This document shows positions 17,529-27,894 of a stretch of 63,866 bases of DNA, one piece after another (position 1 is the first letter of the stretch; each line of letters begins with the position of its first letter). A program made the position numbers and the translations under genes. The stretch is taken from the IMG/VR virus record IMGVR_UViG_3300037421_000079, positions 1-63,866 of that record, one strand, 5' to 3'. The notes below the pieces were generated by a model that was not told where the DNA came from, did no database searches, and saw only the letters and a list, made by a program, of their open reading frames with translations. Source of the stretch: a virus (taxonomy: Duplodnaviria; Caudoviricetes).

Positions 17529-19445
17529 ATGGCAGGCTGGTCGCACCAGAAGCGGGTCGCGTTCGAGAAGTCGTTCTACGCGTTCCTCGGGTCCTGCTGG
17601 ATCAATTCGAAGAACCAGGGGTTCATTTGCCTCGGGGAGCACCTGTACTATGGGCAGCGACTCTTCATCACCGCCATCCTCGATGGCCTCGAAGCCGACA
17701 AGCACAAGTTTTATTGTCTCAAGTCCCGTCAATTGGGCATCACCACTATCATCCGGGTTCTATGCGCTTTTTATCTCGGATTGCACCGCGGACTCAAGGG
17801 TTGCCTCGTGTTCGATACCGGTGAGAATCGCAACGAGGCCCGCAAGGAGCTGACCACCCTCATCAAGGACCTGCCCGTCAAACTCAAGTTTCCTGAGATC
17901 GCCAAGGGGGGTGACAACCGCGAGGGCCTCACCCTTACCAACAACGCCCGCATCCTGTTCAAGTCGGCTGGCGTCCGCAAGTCGAAATCATCGGGCGGCC
18001 TCGGCCGATCGGTGGGCCTCACGCTCGCGCACCTGTCCGAGCTTTGCTCTTACGATGATCCTGCCGGCCTCGAAGCGTTTGAGAACTCACTGTCGGAGGA
18101 GCATCCCGATCGATTGTATATTTATGAAAGTACCGCTAGAGGTTTTAACCTTTGGTTCAAAATTTGGGAGCAGGCCAAGCTCGACGATTTGCACTGCGTG
18201 ACGGTCTTCCTCGGCTGGTGGTCGCATCCCAGCCAGCGCATCCCGCGCGACCATCCCGACTTCGCGCGCTACGGTGTCTACGAGCCGACTCCGAAAGAGC
18301 AGGAGAAGATCGACGCGGTCAAGCGTCAGTACGGCTTCGAGGTCGACCAGGAGCAGCTCGCGTGGGTCAGGCGAAAGCTCGACCCGGCCGCGCAGGCGCA
18401 GGGCGACGCCGACCCCGAGTTCGAGGGCAACTCGGAGAAGGTGCAGGAGCAGCCCTGGACCGAGGAGGAGGCGTTCCAGCAGACCGGCGCCATCTTCTTC
18501 TCGTCCGAGAAGCTGACCGAGCAGGCGCACAAGTGGGGCAGCGACAAGTTCAACGCCTACATGTACTCGGTCGGGGCCGAGTTTCAGGACACGATCATCC
18601 TGCGGGCGCAGAACACCAAGGTGATGGACCTGCGGGTGTGGGAGGAGCCCGACCCGAACAGCGGCGTCTACGCGATCGGGGCAGACCCGGCGTACGGCGA
18701 GAACGAGAAGAACGACCGGTCGTCCATCCAGGTGCTGCGCTGCTACTCGGACGGCGTCGACCAGGTGGCCGAGTACGCGTCCCCGCTGGTGTCCACCCAG
18801 CAGTTCGCCTGGGTGATCGCCAGCCTGCTCGGCTGGTACGGCAGCGGGAAGGCCGAGGTTCGCTACATCCTCGAACTCAACGGCCCTGGTATGGCCGTCT
18901 GGAACGAGTTGAAGCAGTTGCGCGCCCGGATCGACGCGGGCTACCAGCTGCCCGAGATCGAGGACAAGGGCCTGCGCGACGTGTTCCGCAACGTCCGCAC
19001 CTACATCTACAGCCGGCCGGACGCGGTCGGCCCCGGCACCAACGTGCACTTCAAGACGCACACCGCCCAGAAGGTGATGCTGATGGAGCGGCTGCGCGAC
19101 TTCACGAATTACATGATGCGCGTCCACTCGTTCGACACCATCAAGGAGATGGCGACCGTTGCGCGCGACGGCGACTCGATCTCGGCGCCGTCCGGCATGC
19201 ACGACGACAAGACGTTTGCGCTTGCGCTTGCGTCGCATTGCTGGGAGACCAAGATACGGCCCGGCCTGATCGTCGCCCGCCGGTCGCGTGACGCCGAGGC
19301 TGCGCGCACGCGCCTGAGCATCACCGACCAGGTGGCCCTGTTCCAGGGCAACATGTTGGAGCAGTTCTTTGCGTCCAAGAAGGCGCAGCGAGTTCAAGAT
19401 TTGCGGCAGGCGCGGAGGCAGCAGTGGCGATACGGTCGGCGCTGA
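17529..19445 (+). CDS. terL: Terminase large subunit
   Basis: KSRQLGITT Walker A; HLSE Walker B; ESTARG; nuclease GADPAYG...HDD. Confidence 0.93.
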   Translation: MAGWSHQKRVAFEKSFYAFLGSCWINSKNQGFICLGEHLYYGQRLFITAILDGLEADKHKFYCLKSRQLGITTIIRVLCAFYLGLHRGLKGCLVFDTGENRNEARKELTTLIKDLPVKLKFPEIAKGGDNREGLTLTNNARILFKSAGVRKSKSSGGLGRSVGLTLAHLSELCSYDDPAGLEAFENSLSEEHPDRLYIYESTARGFNLWFKIWEQAKLDDLHCVTVFLGWWSHPSQRIPRDHPDFARYGVYEPTPKEQEKIDAVKRQYGFEVDQEQLAWVRRKLDPAAQAQGDADPEFEGNSEKVQEQPWTEEEAFQQTGAIFFSSEKLTEQAHKWGSDKFNAYMYSVGAEFQDTIILRAQNTKVMDLRVWEEPDPNSGVYAIGADPAYGENEKNDRSSIQVLRCYSDGVDQVAEYASPLVSTQQFAWVIASLLGWYGSGKAEVRYILELNGPGMAVWNELKQLRARIDAGYQLPEIEDKGLRDVFRNVRTYIYSRPDAVGPGTNVHFKTHTAQKVMLMERLRDFTNYMMRVHSFDTIKEMATVARDGDSISAPSGMHDDKTFALALASHCWETKIRPGLIVARRSRDAEAARTRLSITDQVALFQGNMLEQFFASKKAQRVQDLRQARRQQWRYGRR

Positions 19446-19618
19446 CCGAGGCGGGCTTGATCGCCCGGGTCAAGCACATGATGCGGTGCCAGGACGGCGG
19501 CGCCTACCCGGAGGTGGACGCCGCCATCGAGGATGCGCTACGCTGCGGCCACGACAACGCCTGGGACATCGCCAACCACGCATGGGCCAAGCTCGGTTAT
19601 AGGGCGCACGAGAGATGA
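19424..19618 (+). CDS. Hypothetical protein
   Basis: Fills the gap between terL and HNH. Confidence 0.5.
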   Translation: MAIRSALTEAGLIARVKHMMRCQDGGAYPEVDAAIEDALRCGHDNAWDIANHAWAKLGYRAHER

Positions 19619-20097
19619 CGCAAGATTATGGCTATAACCGTTTTTCTCGGCGCTGCCCAAAAAGGACGCCGGTCGAAGAAAGAATTCTAGCGTGGGTTTC
19701 CCCGGAACCCAATTCGGGGTGTTGGATTTGGATGGGGAATCTTAGTCCAGAAGGTTACGGACGAATAGGTATAAATCGACGGAAAATGTATGCGCATAGA
19801 ATTTCGTACGAGTGTTTTGTTGGGGTCATTCCATCCGGTTTAGAGCTAGATCATAAGTGTCGAATGCGTTGCTGCGTTAATCCTGAGCATCTTGAGCCTG
19901 TAACCCATCGAGAAAATGGGTTACGTGGCATAAGCCCGCTAGCAGAAAATGCGAGAAAAACGAGTTGTGTAAATGGACACGCGTTTACGCCTGAAAATAC
20001 ACATGTTGGCAAGAGCGGAAGAAAATGCAAAGCTTGTCGGGCTGCTACTATGAAGAGGTTGCGCTATGAGACTCGTATGTCCCGGATGCAAGGGTAA
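19615..20097 (+). CDS. HNH endonuclease
   Basis: GCWIW...AHR...LDHKC....CVNPEHLEPVT..EN; CVNGH..CKAC; low GC. Confidence 0.9.
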   Translation: MTQDYGYNRFSRRCPKRTPVEERILAWVSPEPNSGCWIWMGNLSPEGYGRIGINRRKMYAHRISYECFVGVIPSGLELDHKCRMRCCVNPEHLEPVTHRENGLRGISPLAENARKTSCVNGHAFTPENTHVGKSGRKCKACRAATMKRLRYETRMSRMQG

Positions 20098-20566
20098 ATT
20101 TCCCTGGGATACAAAGCTTCCTTGGCCTGAGCGATGCCCATTGCCTGGCTGTGGGTTTGACACGAGTTTGCCGGACGACAACGTGATCTCAATGCCGGCC
20201 CTGCGCAGTGCGGTGACGAGCGCCAACGACAAGCTCTATCGCGACATGGAGAAGGGCAGTGAGCATCGCATGCACTTGGCCGCCGAGGCCGCGGGCGTGC
20301 CGGCGTCCGAGATGTCGCACCTCAAGATCACCAACATGCGGGACAACACCCGGCCGGGCGAGATCGCCGCGATGGAGGACCCGGCGCCCGCGCAGCGCCT
20401 CGGGCTGCGGTCCAGCATGGACGCGTTCAAGGGCGGTGAGGGGTTCGAGTTGGGAGCCGGCATCGCGTCCGGGGCCGTCAACGTGAACGGTCAGGTCTTC
20501 CAGGGCGTGGAGCCGCGCGCTGGCGCGAACGCGATGAGTCGCATCAAGCGGCAGTTTGGTGCTTGA
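20066..20566 (+). CDS. Zn-ribbon hypothetical protein
   Basis: CPGC...CPLPGC. Confidence 0.7.
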   Translation: MRLVCPGCKGKFPWDTKLPWPERCPLPGCGFDTSLPDDNVISMPALRSAVTSANDKLYRDMEKGSEHRMHLAAEAAGVPASEMSHLKITNMRDNTRPGEIAAMEDPAPAQRLGLRSSMDAFKGGEGFELGAGIASGAVNVNGQVFQGVEPRAGANAMSRIKRQFGA

Positions 20567-22287
20567 TGCTCCCCGTCCCGGACAAAGAACGCGACATTCT
20601 GGCGTTTGCCAACGAGCTGATCGAGCAGTGCCGGGTCAGTGTGGGGATGCGGTCGGCCTATTACCGGCTGATGAACGCCATCGCGGAGACCGGCCGGTAC
20701 GACGGCACCAAGTCGCTCATAAACTTGCTGTTCAGGCACCTCGATCGCACCGCCTCGCACCTGTACAGCCCGGTCGAGCTGAAGTTCACCATGGACTTCG
20801 AGCGGCCGTACCCGAAGTTCGTGTACGACCGGGCCTCCGAGGTCGGCAAGGTGGTCACCCGCCAGTGGGAGCGTTCCAACACCGACATCCTGTTTGGTCG
20901 CGGGGTGTTTGAGGCGCTCAAGTACGGGGCTTGCATCCCCAAGCAGTGGCCCGAGTTGGATCACACCGAGCGGGATGGCACCGAGGTCTTCAAGTACAAG
21001 GCCAAGCTGGTGATGCCGTGGAATTTCGGCGTCTACCGGGAGGACGAGAACGACATCAACGAGCAGGAAGCCCTGTGTGAGACGATGACCCTCACACTCC
21101 CGGAAGTGTGGCGGCGCATCTGGCGGCTGCCGAAGGCCGAGAAGCTGATGGAGCGCATCAGGGCGCACGCCCGGCGGGGCGAGGCCGGGTCCGAGCCCAC
21201 CAGTTTCTTCCACCAGGTGCTGTCGACCTCGCAGATCAACACGGGCGTGCAGGGCATGACCCAGCCGGTGCCGGGCGGCATCGTGCAGCTCAACAACGAC
21301 CCTAACTACGCCATCATGGGGCCGGTGGTGGCTGCCGACGTGGTGCAGATGCACGAGCTGTGGGTCAAGGACGAGCACGACTATACGACCATCCAGCTTA
21401 TTGAACCAGATATATTGATAGCGCCCTTGATGAAGCGGTCCAACCTGCTGATCAAGGATAGCCGCCTGCAGCCGTATCGGCTCATTCAGCCCAACGAGGT
21501 TACCAACTGGTTCTGGGGGCGCAGCGAGCTGGTTGATATGATCGAGCCGCAGGGTCTGCTGTCGGCGTGGTGCGACGACTTCCGGCGCCTTGTCGGCATG
21601 CAGGTCGACAAGCTCATAGGATTCACGGGCGAGACTGGGATCACGGACGAGCTGTACGCGCAATTTCGGTTGGTCGGGTATTTGAACCTCGGGGCGGGGG
21701 CGGACATCAAGGACGTGACGCCCAAGATTCCGTCCGAGCTTTTGCCCGCCATCAAGTGGCTGATCGAGACTGTTAACCAGCTGGGCGGTTTCCCCAACAT
21801 CATGCAGGGGCAGGGCGAGCAGGGCGTGCGAGCGGGCGTGCACGCGTCGACCTTGCTCAAGACCGCCTCGCCGACGCTGCGCGACCGCGCCCTGCTGGTG
21901 GAGCGGCAGTGCGCCATCATGGCGGACCTCACTCTGCAGATACGCGAGGCCAAGGACGCTTCGCACTATTGGATCAAGGCCGACCAGCCGATCAAGGACG
22001 TGGAGGACACCAAGTTCCTGCTGTCCGAGTTGCCGGATGATTGGCGCATCACGGTCGACAGTCACTCGTCGAGCCCGATCTTCTCGGACGAGAACCAGCA
22101 ACTGGTGTTCGGCGCGCATGCGCGCGGGGTGGTGGATGCCGAGTACGTGATCGACAACACCAACCTGCCCAACAAGGAAGTCGCCAAGCTGCGGCTGCGC
22201 GAGAAGGAGAAGAAGCAGGCCGAGCTGCTGGCCGCGCATCCCGAACTGCTGCACGACATCTTCAAGCACAAGGGTGGGAAAAAATAG
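20566..22287 (+). CDS. Portal protein
   Basis: 573 aa between terL and scaffold/capsid; helical; WFWGRSE. Confidence 0.75.
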   Translation: MLPVPDKERDILAFANELIEQCRVSVGMRSAYYRLMNAIAETGRYDGTKSLINLLFRHLDRTASHLYSPVELKFTMDFERPYPKFVYDRASEVGKVVTRQWERSNTDILFGRGVFEALKYGACIPKQWPELDHTERDGTEVFKYKAKLVMPWNFGVYREDENDINEQEALCETMTLTLPEVWRRIWRLPKAEKLMERIRAHARRGEAGSEPTSFFHQVLSTSQINTGVQGMTQPVPGGIVQLNNDPNYAIMGPVVAADVVQMHELWVKDEHDYTTIQLIEPDILIAPLMKRSNLLIKDSRLQPYRLIQPNEVTNWFWGRSELVDMIEPQGLLSAWCDDFRRLVGMQVDKLIGFTGETGITDELYAQFRLVGYLNLGAGADIKDVTPKIPSELLPAIKWLIETVNQLGGFPNIMQGQGEQGVRAGVHASTLLKTASPTLRDRALLVERQCAIMADLTLQIREAKDASHYWIKADQPIKDVEDTKFLLSELPDDWRITVDSHSSSPIFSDENQQLVFGAHARGVVDAEYVIDNTNLPNKEVAKLRLREKEKKQAELLAAHPELLHDIFKHKGGKK

Positions 22288-22405
22288 TTGCCAGGATCGC
22301 CGCCCTTGAACGGTGTACGCTGCAGCCCGATCCAGGCCCGCAGAGCGGCTTTCTTTGACCCGACCTCCTGGCTGGCCGAGCGCGTTGCGCCCGGAGGGGC
22401 AACCA

Positions 22406-22771
22406 TCAATTCCGCGGGAACGGCCCGTTTCCCATTGGGGATATCATCGACGGGCCTTGTGCCATGGCGGCGGTGCGCAGCACCGGGTCGGCGTGCGCGT
22501 CCTGCTGGGCCTTGGCGCGGGTGCGCGCTTCGTGCAGGTAGCGCTCGATGTGGGCCAGACGGGTGAGGCTCAGGTCTTCGAGCACGGCGCCGATGAATTT
22601 TGCTAATGTGAGCAACACGCGCTGACCGAAGTCGTCACTGATTACGACGACATTGCCGGGATCAGCATTCAGCATCGCTATGCTGTTCCACGCCTTTTCG
22701 GCTGCCTCTTTGGTCTTGAACATCAGCGCCCAGATGACCGGGCCGTCGAGCGCGACAGACAGACTGAACAT
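22406..22771 (-). CDS. Hypothetical protein
   Basis: AGGAGAG RBS; coupled to the excisionase-like gene. Confidence 0.7.
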   Translation of the reverse strand: MFSLSVALDGPVIWALMFKTKEAAEKAWNSIAMLNADPGNVVVISDDFGQRVLLTLAKFIGAVLEDLSLTRLAHIERYLHEARTRAKAQQDAHADPVLRTAAMAQGPSMISPMGNGPFPRN

Positions 22772-22983
22772 CAGAGCTCTCCTTGGTCTCGTTCGCGTTT
22801 CCATTCCATGAATTTGTCGGCCGGAAATCGCAGACAGTTACGACTGAATCGGCGGACGGGCGGGCGCTGTTTTTTGTCGGGGTGGCGCAGCCAGCGATAG
22901 AGAGTTTGCACGTGCACTCTGGCGATGTCGGCGGCTTCCTTCGCGACGAGGAATTGCTGACCGTTCGGGCCGTTTGGCGCCAT
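22771..22983 (-). CDS. Excisionase/AlpA-like HTH protein
   Basis: FLVAKEAADIARVHVQTLYRW...LRF...FMEW. Confidence 0.8.
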   Translation of the reverse strand: MAPNGPNGQQFLVAKEAADIARVHVQTLYRWLRHPDKKQRPPVRRFSRNCLRFPADKFMEWKRERDQGEL

Positions 22984-23015
22984 GAGGTTTAAGCCCACAT
23001 AGTGAAGTCTCTGCC

Positions 23016-23071
23016 TGTATACAGACGCTTAATCGGGATTGCAAGTCCGTTGTGGCGCCGTGGATTGCAAG
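23016..23071. promoter_or_regulatory. Divergent control region with GGATTGCAAG direct repeats
   Basis: Minus-strand TTGCAA-N17-TATACA; repeats at 23036-45 and 23062-71. Confidence 0.5.
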
Positions 23072-23137
23072 GGTGAAAGGATGTCCCTGCGAACGTCAAC
23101 TAGGCGACCAAGCTGGTCGCACAACCAGGAGGCTATC

Positions 23138-23179
23138 ATGACTCGCAATCGCAAGTCCCGGCGCGGTCGCCGGCACTGA
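23138..23179 (+). CDS. 13-aa Arg-rich micropeptide MTRNRKSRRGRRH
   Basis: Strong AGGAGG RBS at canonical spacing; first ORF of the head operon. Confidence 0.55.
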   Translation: MTRNRKSRRGRRH

Positions 23180-23197
23180 CGGCCCGGTTCGCTAATC

Positions 23198-23572
23198 GTG
23201 CCCATTCAGTCCCCAGCCGCTGCTGGCCAGCCGCCCTCCCCTGGCGGGCAACCGACTCAGCCCCCGTTCGGTTCGTCTGGCGCCACCCAGGCGACGCCCA
23301 ACAAGGGCTACGAGGCGGCCGGCTTGCAGCGGCTGGGGATGGTCATCAAGCAGATCGAGCAGCTCATCCCGATGCTCGGGTCGGGCAGCGAGGTCGGCAA
23401 GGACGTGCTCAAGGCGCTCAACATGCTGGTCAAGCACGTGCCCCCGGGCGGCGCCTCGCCGGCCGCCGAGAAGAACAACATCGAGCAGATGGCGATGCGC
23501 AGCGCGCAGCAGTCCCAGCAGGCGCAGCAGATGCGACAGCCGGGCGGCCAGCAGCAGGCGGCAGCCGCATGA
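23198..23572 (+). CDS. Head-module hypothetical protein (Pro/Gln-rich)
   Basis: Position and codon bias. Confidence 0.7.
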   Translation: MPIQSPAAAGQPPSPGGQPTQPPFGSSGATQATPNKGYEAAGLQRLGMVIKQIEQLIPMLGSGSEVGKDVLKALNMLVKHVPPGGASPAAEKNNIEQMAMRSAQQSQQAQQMRQPGGQQQAAAA

Positions 23573-23748
23573 GCAAGCGAATTTTCGAGGACCCGACGAA
23601 GGACATGCCCGACTGGTGGGAGAAGCCCGCCCGGACCATGCTGGACTCGTCCGAGACCCTCAACATGGCGAAGCTGCCCGGCCAGCAGAAGCTGCCGGGT
23701 CGCGCCGTCGAGAACGTGGAGCGCCCGCGGCGCGGCCACGGGTACTAA
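23569..23748 (+). CDS. Head-module small protein
   Basis: MSKRIFEDPTK...; ATGA coupling. Confidence 0.65.
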   Translation: MSKRIFEDPTKDMPDWWEKPARTMLDSSETLNMAKLPGQQKLPGRAVENVERPRRGHGY

Positions 23749-23776
23749 GGCGCGTCTCGCGCCCGAGGAGAGCATC

Positions 23777-23962
23777 ATGTCGAACGTCAACATCTTCCAG
23801 AACTCGGCGAAGTCGATTCCGACCTCGGACGAGCAGATCATCCGGGTCAACATGGAAGAGGAGGAGATCGGCGGTCGCAAGAGCCACCTGCCCGCGAAGC
23901 AGATGGCGAGCGGCATGGCGGTCTCGCACGTCCCGAACGCCGGCTCGACGGTGGGCAAGTAA
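23777..23962 (+). CDS. Head-module small protein
   Basis: GAGGAG RBS. Confidence 0.7.
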   Translation: MSNVNIFQNSAKSIPTSDEQIIRVNMEEEEIGGRKSHLPAKQMASGMAVSHVPNAGSTVGK

Positions 23963-23963
23963 G

Positions 23964-24554
23964 ATGCCCAAGATCGAGGTCGACGAGGAAGAGTATCAGC
24001 GCACCCAGCGCGTGATGGCGTCGCTGCGCAAGATCGCCGACAACCCGGCGACGCGCCTCAAGCTGCAGGCGCTCCACAAGGAGGTGGAGCCGACCGCCCC
24101 GACGCCCGAACTCGACCAGGCGAAGATTCTCCAGGAGCCGCTCACCAAGCTCCAGAAGGACTTCGACGACTACAAGGCGAAGCAGGAGACCGAGCAGGCC
24201 GAGCGCGAGAAGAAAGAGAAGCTCGCTGCCCTGACTGGCAACTGGGAAGCCGGCCGCAACGCGCTCAAGCGCGCCGGCTACACCGAAGAGGGCATCAAGA
24301 ATCTCGAAAAGTTTATGGAGGAGCGCGGCCTGATCGACCACGAGCTGGCCGCCGCCGCCCACGAGAAGATGTTCCCGCTCCCGCCGCCCGCGACCCCGTC
24401 AGGCGTTGGCGCCTGGAACTTCCTCGAAGTGCCGGACGACTCGGACGCCGACATCAAGAGGCTGATCGAGACGCGCGGGCAGAGCGAGGCGCTCGCCGAC
24501 CGCATGGCCCACAAGGCGCTCAACGAAGTACGCGCGGGCCAGCCCCGTCGCTGA
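23964..24554 (+). CDS. Scaffolding protein (putative)
   Basis: Charged coiled coil directly upstream of the capsid gene. Confidence 0.65.
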   Translation: MPKIEVDEEEYQRTQRVMASLRKIADNPATRLKLQALHKEVEPTAPTPELDQAKILQEPLTKLQKDFDDYKAKQETEQAEREKKEKLAALTGNWEAGRNALKRAGYTEEGIKNLEKFMEERGLIDHELAAAAHEKMFPLPPPATPSGVGAWNFLEVPDDSDADIKRLIETRGQSEALADRMAHKALNEVRAGQPRR

Positions 24555-24577
24555 TCAGTTAATTATAGGAGGCTGAC

Positions 24578-25639
24578 TTGCCGTTGCCAGGTCTAGGTGT
24601 CGCGCCCGCCGCGGGGAGTTTGTATACCGAGCTAGCGTCCGTCACGAGAAGGGCGTTCGTTCCTCGTTTGTTCGTCCAAATGTACTTTGCCAGCCCGAGT
24701 CTGTTCTACATGACCGGGAATGCGCAGCGCGCAGCGGGTGGTCTCAATCAAGTGACCATCCCGATGCAAGGCTCAAGCATGGTGCAAGGTCAGTTCACCG
24801 GCTACGGTGGTGGATTCAACAGCCCCGTCATCACTCCCGGCATCCAGAACGGCCAGTGGAACCTCGCCTACTGGGTGGTGCCCGTCCCGCTGCCGTTCGG
24901 CGAGACCGTCATCCAGGCGACCGATCGCGAGATCAGCCTGCTCAAGGCGCGCATGAACGACGTGTACGCGGTCACGCGCCAGAACATGGCGCGGCTGCAG
25001 TTCACCAACAACTCGGCAAACCCGCTGCTCCCCAACAGCTTCCTGGACGCCTTCGATTCCGGCACCAACTTCCCGACCTACGGGGGCATCAACCGCAACG
25101 CGGCCGGCAACGCGAACTTCCAGGGCCAGTACCTCAACACGAACGGGTCCGGCACCGGCCCGACCGGCGCCACCACGTTCTCGTTCACGACCGGCCTCAC
25201 GCGCGCCGCCATGGCGGTGCTGCTGCAGTACATCACCGACAACGCGGGCGGCGAGGCGCCGACCTTCGTGGTGATGGCGCCGGGCGACTACGCGACTCTC
25301 AACAAGGACTTCCAGGCGATCGAGACCCAGTACGTCAACCCCGGCCAGACGTACACGATGGACACCGCGGTGCGGTCGAGCTTCCCGAACTGCGTGGTGT
25401 CCGGCATCCCGATCTTCGCCGACCACTTCTGCCCGAAGGGCACTGCCATCGCCTGCAACGTCAAGTACACCACGTGGTATCTGTCGGAGGACGCCGCGTT
25501 CGACTTCAGCGGCTTCTACTCGCTGGTGCCGCTCGGCCAGATCGGCCAGCAGGGCGTGGTGGTCGTCGGCTACAACGTGATCTCGTCCAAGTCGATCTCG
25601 GGCGCGGTCCTGTACAACATCGCCAGTCCGCAGTTCTGA
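24578..25639 (+). CDS. Major capsid protein
   Basis: AGGAGG RBS; 353 aa; TYGGINR and GIPIFADHFCP capsid-like motifs; strong codon bias. Confidence 0.8.
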   Translation: MPLPGLGVAPAAGSLYTELASVTRRAFVPRLFVQMYFASPSLFYMTGNAQRAAGGLNQVTIPMQGSSMVQGQFTGYGGGFNSPVITPGIQNGQWNLAYWVVPVPLPFGETVIQATDREISLLKARMNDVYAVTRQNMARLQFTNNSANPLLPNSFLDAFDSGTNFPTYGGINRNAAGNANFQGQYLNTNGSGTGPTGATTFSFTTGLTRAAMAVLLQYITDNAGGEAPTFVVMAPGDYATLNKDFQAIETQYVNPGQTYTMDTAVRSSFPNCVVSGIPIFADHFCPKGTAIACNVKYTTWYLSEDAAFDFSGFYSLVPLGQIGQQGVVVVGYNVISSKSISGAVLYNIASPQF

Positions 25640-25649
25640 GGAGAACCAG

Positions 25650-26822
25650 ATGCCTCCGTTCCTTTCGGGTCCCGGACTCGGCCTTCCGCTGCCGACGAAC
25701 CTCTATCCCTCCGGGTTGCAGAACGCCCCGATCGACATCTCGTCGAACCAGCTCTGCCTGGCGCCCGCGCAGCAGATTCCGCTGCCGGCCGGCGACTGGT
25801 ACGTGACGCTCGGGCTCTACACGATTTTGCAGTTCCTCGACCCGGTCACCGGCACCTGGTACACGCCCACGGGCGCGGCCTGGAACCGCGGCTGCATCCA
25901 CGTCACCAGCGACGGCTTCAACGTTCGCATCGCCAACATCACGGGTGCGCCGGTTGGCGCGGTCGTGACCAACTATGGGGCGGGCGGCTACGTGCAGGGC
26001 TCGACCGCCATTACGGTGACGGGCGGCACTGCCACCTACCAGCCGATCATCGGCGGTGCGCTCGCCACGCTCTCGATCACCAATGCGGGTGCCGGCTACG
26101 GGGTCGCCCCGATCGTATTCGTGCCGCCTCCGCCGCCGCCGGCCAACAATCCGAACGGGGTTGGGGGCGTGCAGGCGGTTGCGTACGCGGCGATCTCGTC
26201 CGGCACCGTCTCGGGCATCACGTTCATCAACCAGGGGGCCGGCTACCCGACCGCCCCGGTGCCGGTGATCCTGCCGAACCCGACCGATCCGAACATCGCG
26301 TCCGGCATCACCCAGGCGACCGCCACCTTCTCGGTGGTGGCGTCCGGCTCGCTCACGGGCGTGCTTCTGACGAACCCGGGCGTCGCCATCACGCCCGCCA
26401 ACACGACCCTGGCGGTGACGGGCGCCGGAACCCAGGCGTCGTGCTCGGCTGTCGTCGGCCAGACGCTCAAGACCGCCAGCGTGACGGGCGGCGGCGCCGG
26501 CTTCGGCACCGTGGCGGCGATGCTCACGACGGTGGGGGGTACGCCCCCGACCGGCGCCATCGCGGCCAGCCCGTACTCGCTCGGGCTCGCCTGGATACCG
26601 CGGCCCGCCCAGGTCGGCCTCGCGGTTACGGGCGCCCCGACGCTGGGGTCGATCGCCGCCCAGAACGGCACCATCTACGACGGCGGCTTGTTTCTGGGCG
26701 CTCCGACCGCCGTCCTGGGCTTCCCGGGCAACGCCGGCACGGTCGGCAGCATCGTGGGTCCGACTCTCGCGCTCACGATGGGCTCCCAGCAGGACTTCGT
26801 GGTCATCCAGCCGGCCCCATGA
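25650..26822 (+). CDS. Virion structural/decoration protein, Gly/Thr-rich
   Basis: Repeated (I/V)TNxGxGY motifs. Confidence 0.65.
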   Translation: MPPFLSGPGLGLPLPTNLYPSGLQNAPIDISSNQLCLAPAQQIPLPAGDWYVTLGLYTILQFLDPVTGTWYTPTGAAWNRGCIHVTSDGFNVRIANITGAPVGAVVTNYGAGGYVQGSTAITVTGGTATYQPIIGGALATLSITNAGAGYGVAPIVFVPPPPPPANNPNGVGGVQAVAYAAISSGTVSGITFINQGAGYPTAPVPVILPNPTDPNIASGITQATATFSVVASGSLTGVLLTNPGVAITPANTTLAVTGAGTQASCSAVVGQTLKTASVTGGGAGFGTVAAMLTTVGGTPPTGAIAASPYSLGLAWIPRPAQVGLAVTGAPTLGSIAAQNGTIYDGGLFLGAPTAVLGFPGNAGTVGSIVGPTLALTMGSQQDFVVIQPAP

Positions 26823-27079
26823 CGTACACGCTCGCAACAGTCGGCTGGAACGCCAACCATCGGTTTCCGCCGACCGCGATCACGAACGTATCGACGACGG
26901 TCGGCCTGCAGGACGTGACGTTGTCGGACGCGAACGCCAGAGCACCGGGTGCTCAGCAGAACGCCATGATGCTGGGCACCCAGATTCTGTGTCAGACCCC
27001 GTCAGGTGGGCAGGCTTGGTTCACGATCGACGCCGAGCGGTCAATTCCGGGCTACCCGCCGGTCATGAGGCGCGTGTAG
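26819..27079 (+). CDS. Virion hypothetical protein
   Basis: ATGA coupling. Confidence 0.65.
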   Translation: MTYTLATVGWNANHRFPPTAITNVSTTVGLQDVTLSDANARAPGAQQNAMMLGTQILCQTPSGGQAWFTIDAERSIPGYPPVMRRV

Positions 27080-27123
27080 TATAGCCGGCGAAGCGCCGGG
27101 GGGCCGGCGCGAGGAGCTTCGCC

Positions 27124-27894
27124 GTGCTTAACGCATACCTCGCCAATCTGGCCAATCTCCTTCAGTCGCCCGGAGCGCCTGTATCGTTGTACTCGACCGC
27201 AAATTTGACCTTGTGGGTCAATATTGCGCGGGGACAGGTTGCGGGGGAATCAGAAGCCATCAGGGTGATCGGGACTGTCCCGACGATCATCGGCCAGCGC
27301 AACTACAATTTCAGCAGCATCAACATCGGTACCCCGTCCGTGACGGGCGCGCAGGGCGCGATTCACGTGCGGCGCATCAACTACGGGGTGGCGTCCGGGC
27401 AGAAGTGGGTGGTTCCTCGATCTTGGGAGTGGTTCGACCAGTTCGGCCTGAACAACCCGGTGCCGGTGAACGGCCCGCCCAAGATGTGGGCGCAGCTCGG
27501 CCAGGGGTCAGCGGGGCTCGGGTCGATTACCGGGATCGGGACCGGTTCGATGTCGTCAGGATCGTTTTACATCGACCCGCCCCCTGATGCGATTTATACT
27601 TTGTACTGCGATGTTGCTTGCTACCCGCAAGCGCTCGCGGCCGACACCGACGTGGAGGCGCTGCCGTACCTGTGGACCGACGCAGTCCCGTTCTTCGCGG
27701 CCTATTACGCGTTTCTGTCGTCGCAGACCTCGGCCCGTCAGGCGGATGCCGAGCGCATGATGACGCACTACCGCACGTTTGTGGATCGGGCGCGGCAGGC
27801 CGCTAACCCGAGTGTGCTTCGACCGCAGTACGAGCAGGCGGCTGATCCGGTGCAGGCCGCCAAGCTGGGCATGCAGCAGAAGGTGGCTGGCTGA
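27124..27894 (+). CDS. Head-tail adaptor / tail tubular A-like, paralog 1
   Basis: LNAYL...VNIARGQVA...PPPD..Y...LPYLWTDAVPFFA. Confidence 0.65.
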   Translation: MLNAYLANLANLLQSPGAPVSLYSTANLTLWVNIARGQVAGESEAIRVIGTVPTIIGQRNYNFSSINIGTPSVTGAQGAIHVRRINYGVASGQKWVVPRSWEWFDQFGLNNPVPVNGPPKMWAQLGQGSAGLGSITGIGTGSMSSGSFYIDPPPDAIYTLYCDVACYPQALAADTDVEALPYLWTDAVPFFAAYYAFLSSQTSARQADAERMMTHYRTFVDRARQAANPSVLRPQYEQAADPVQAAKLGMQQKVAG

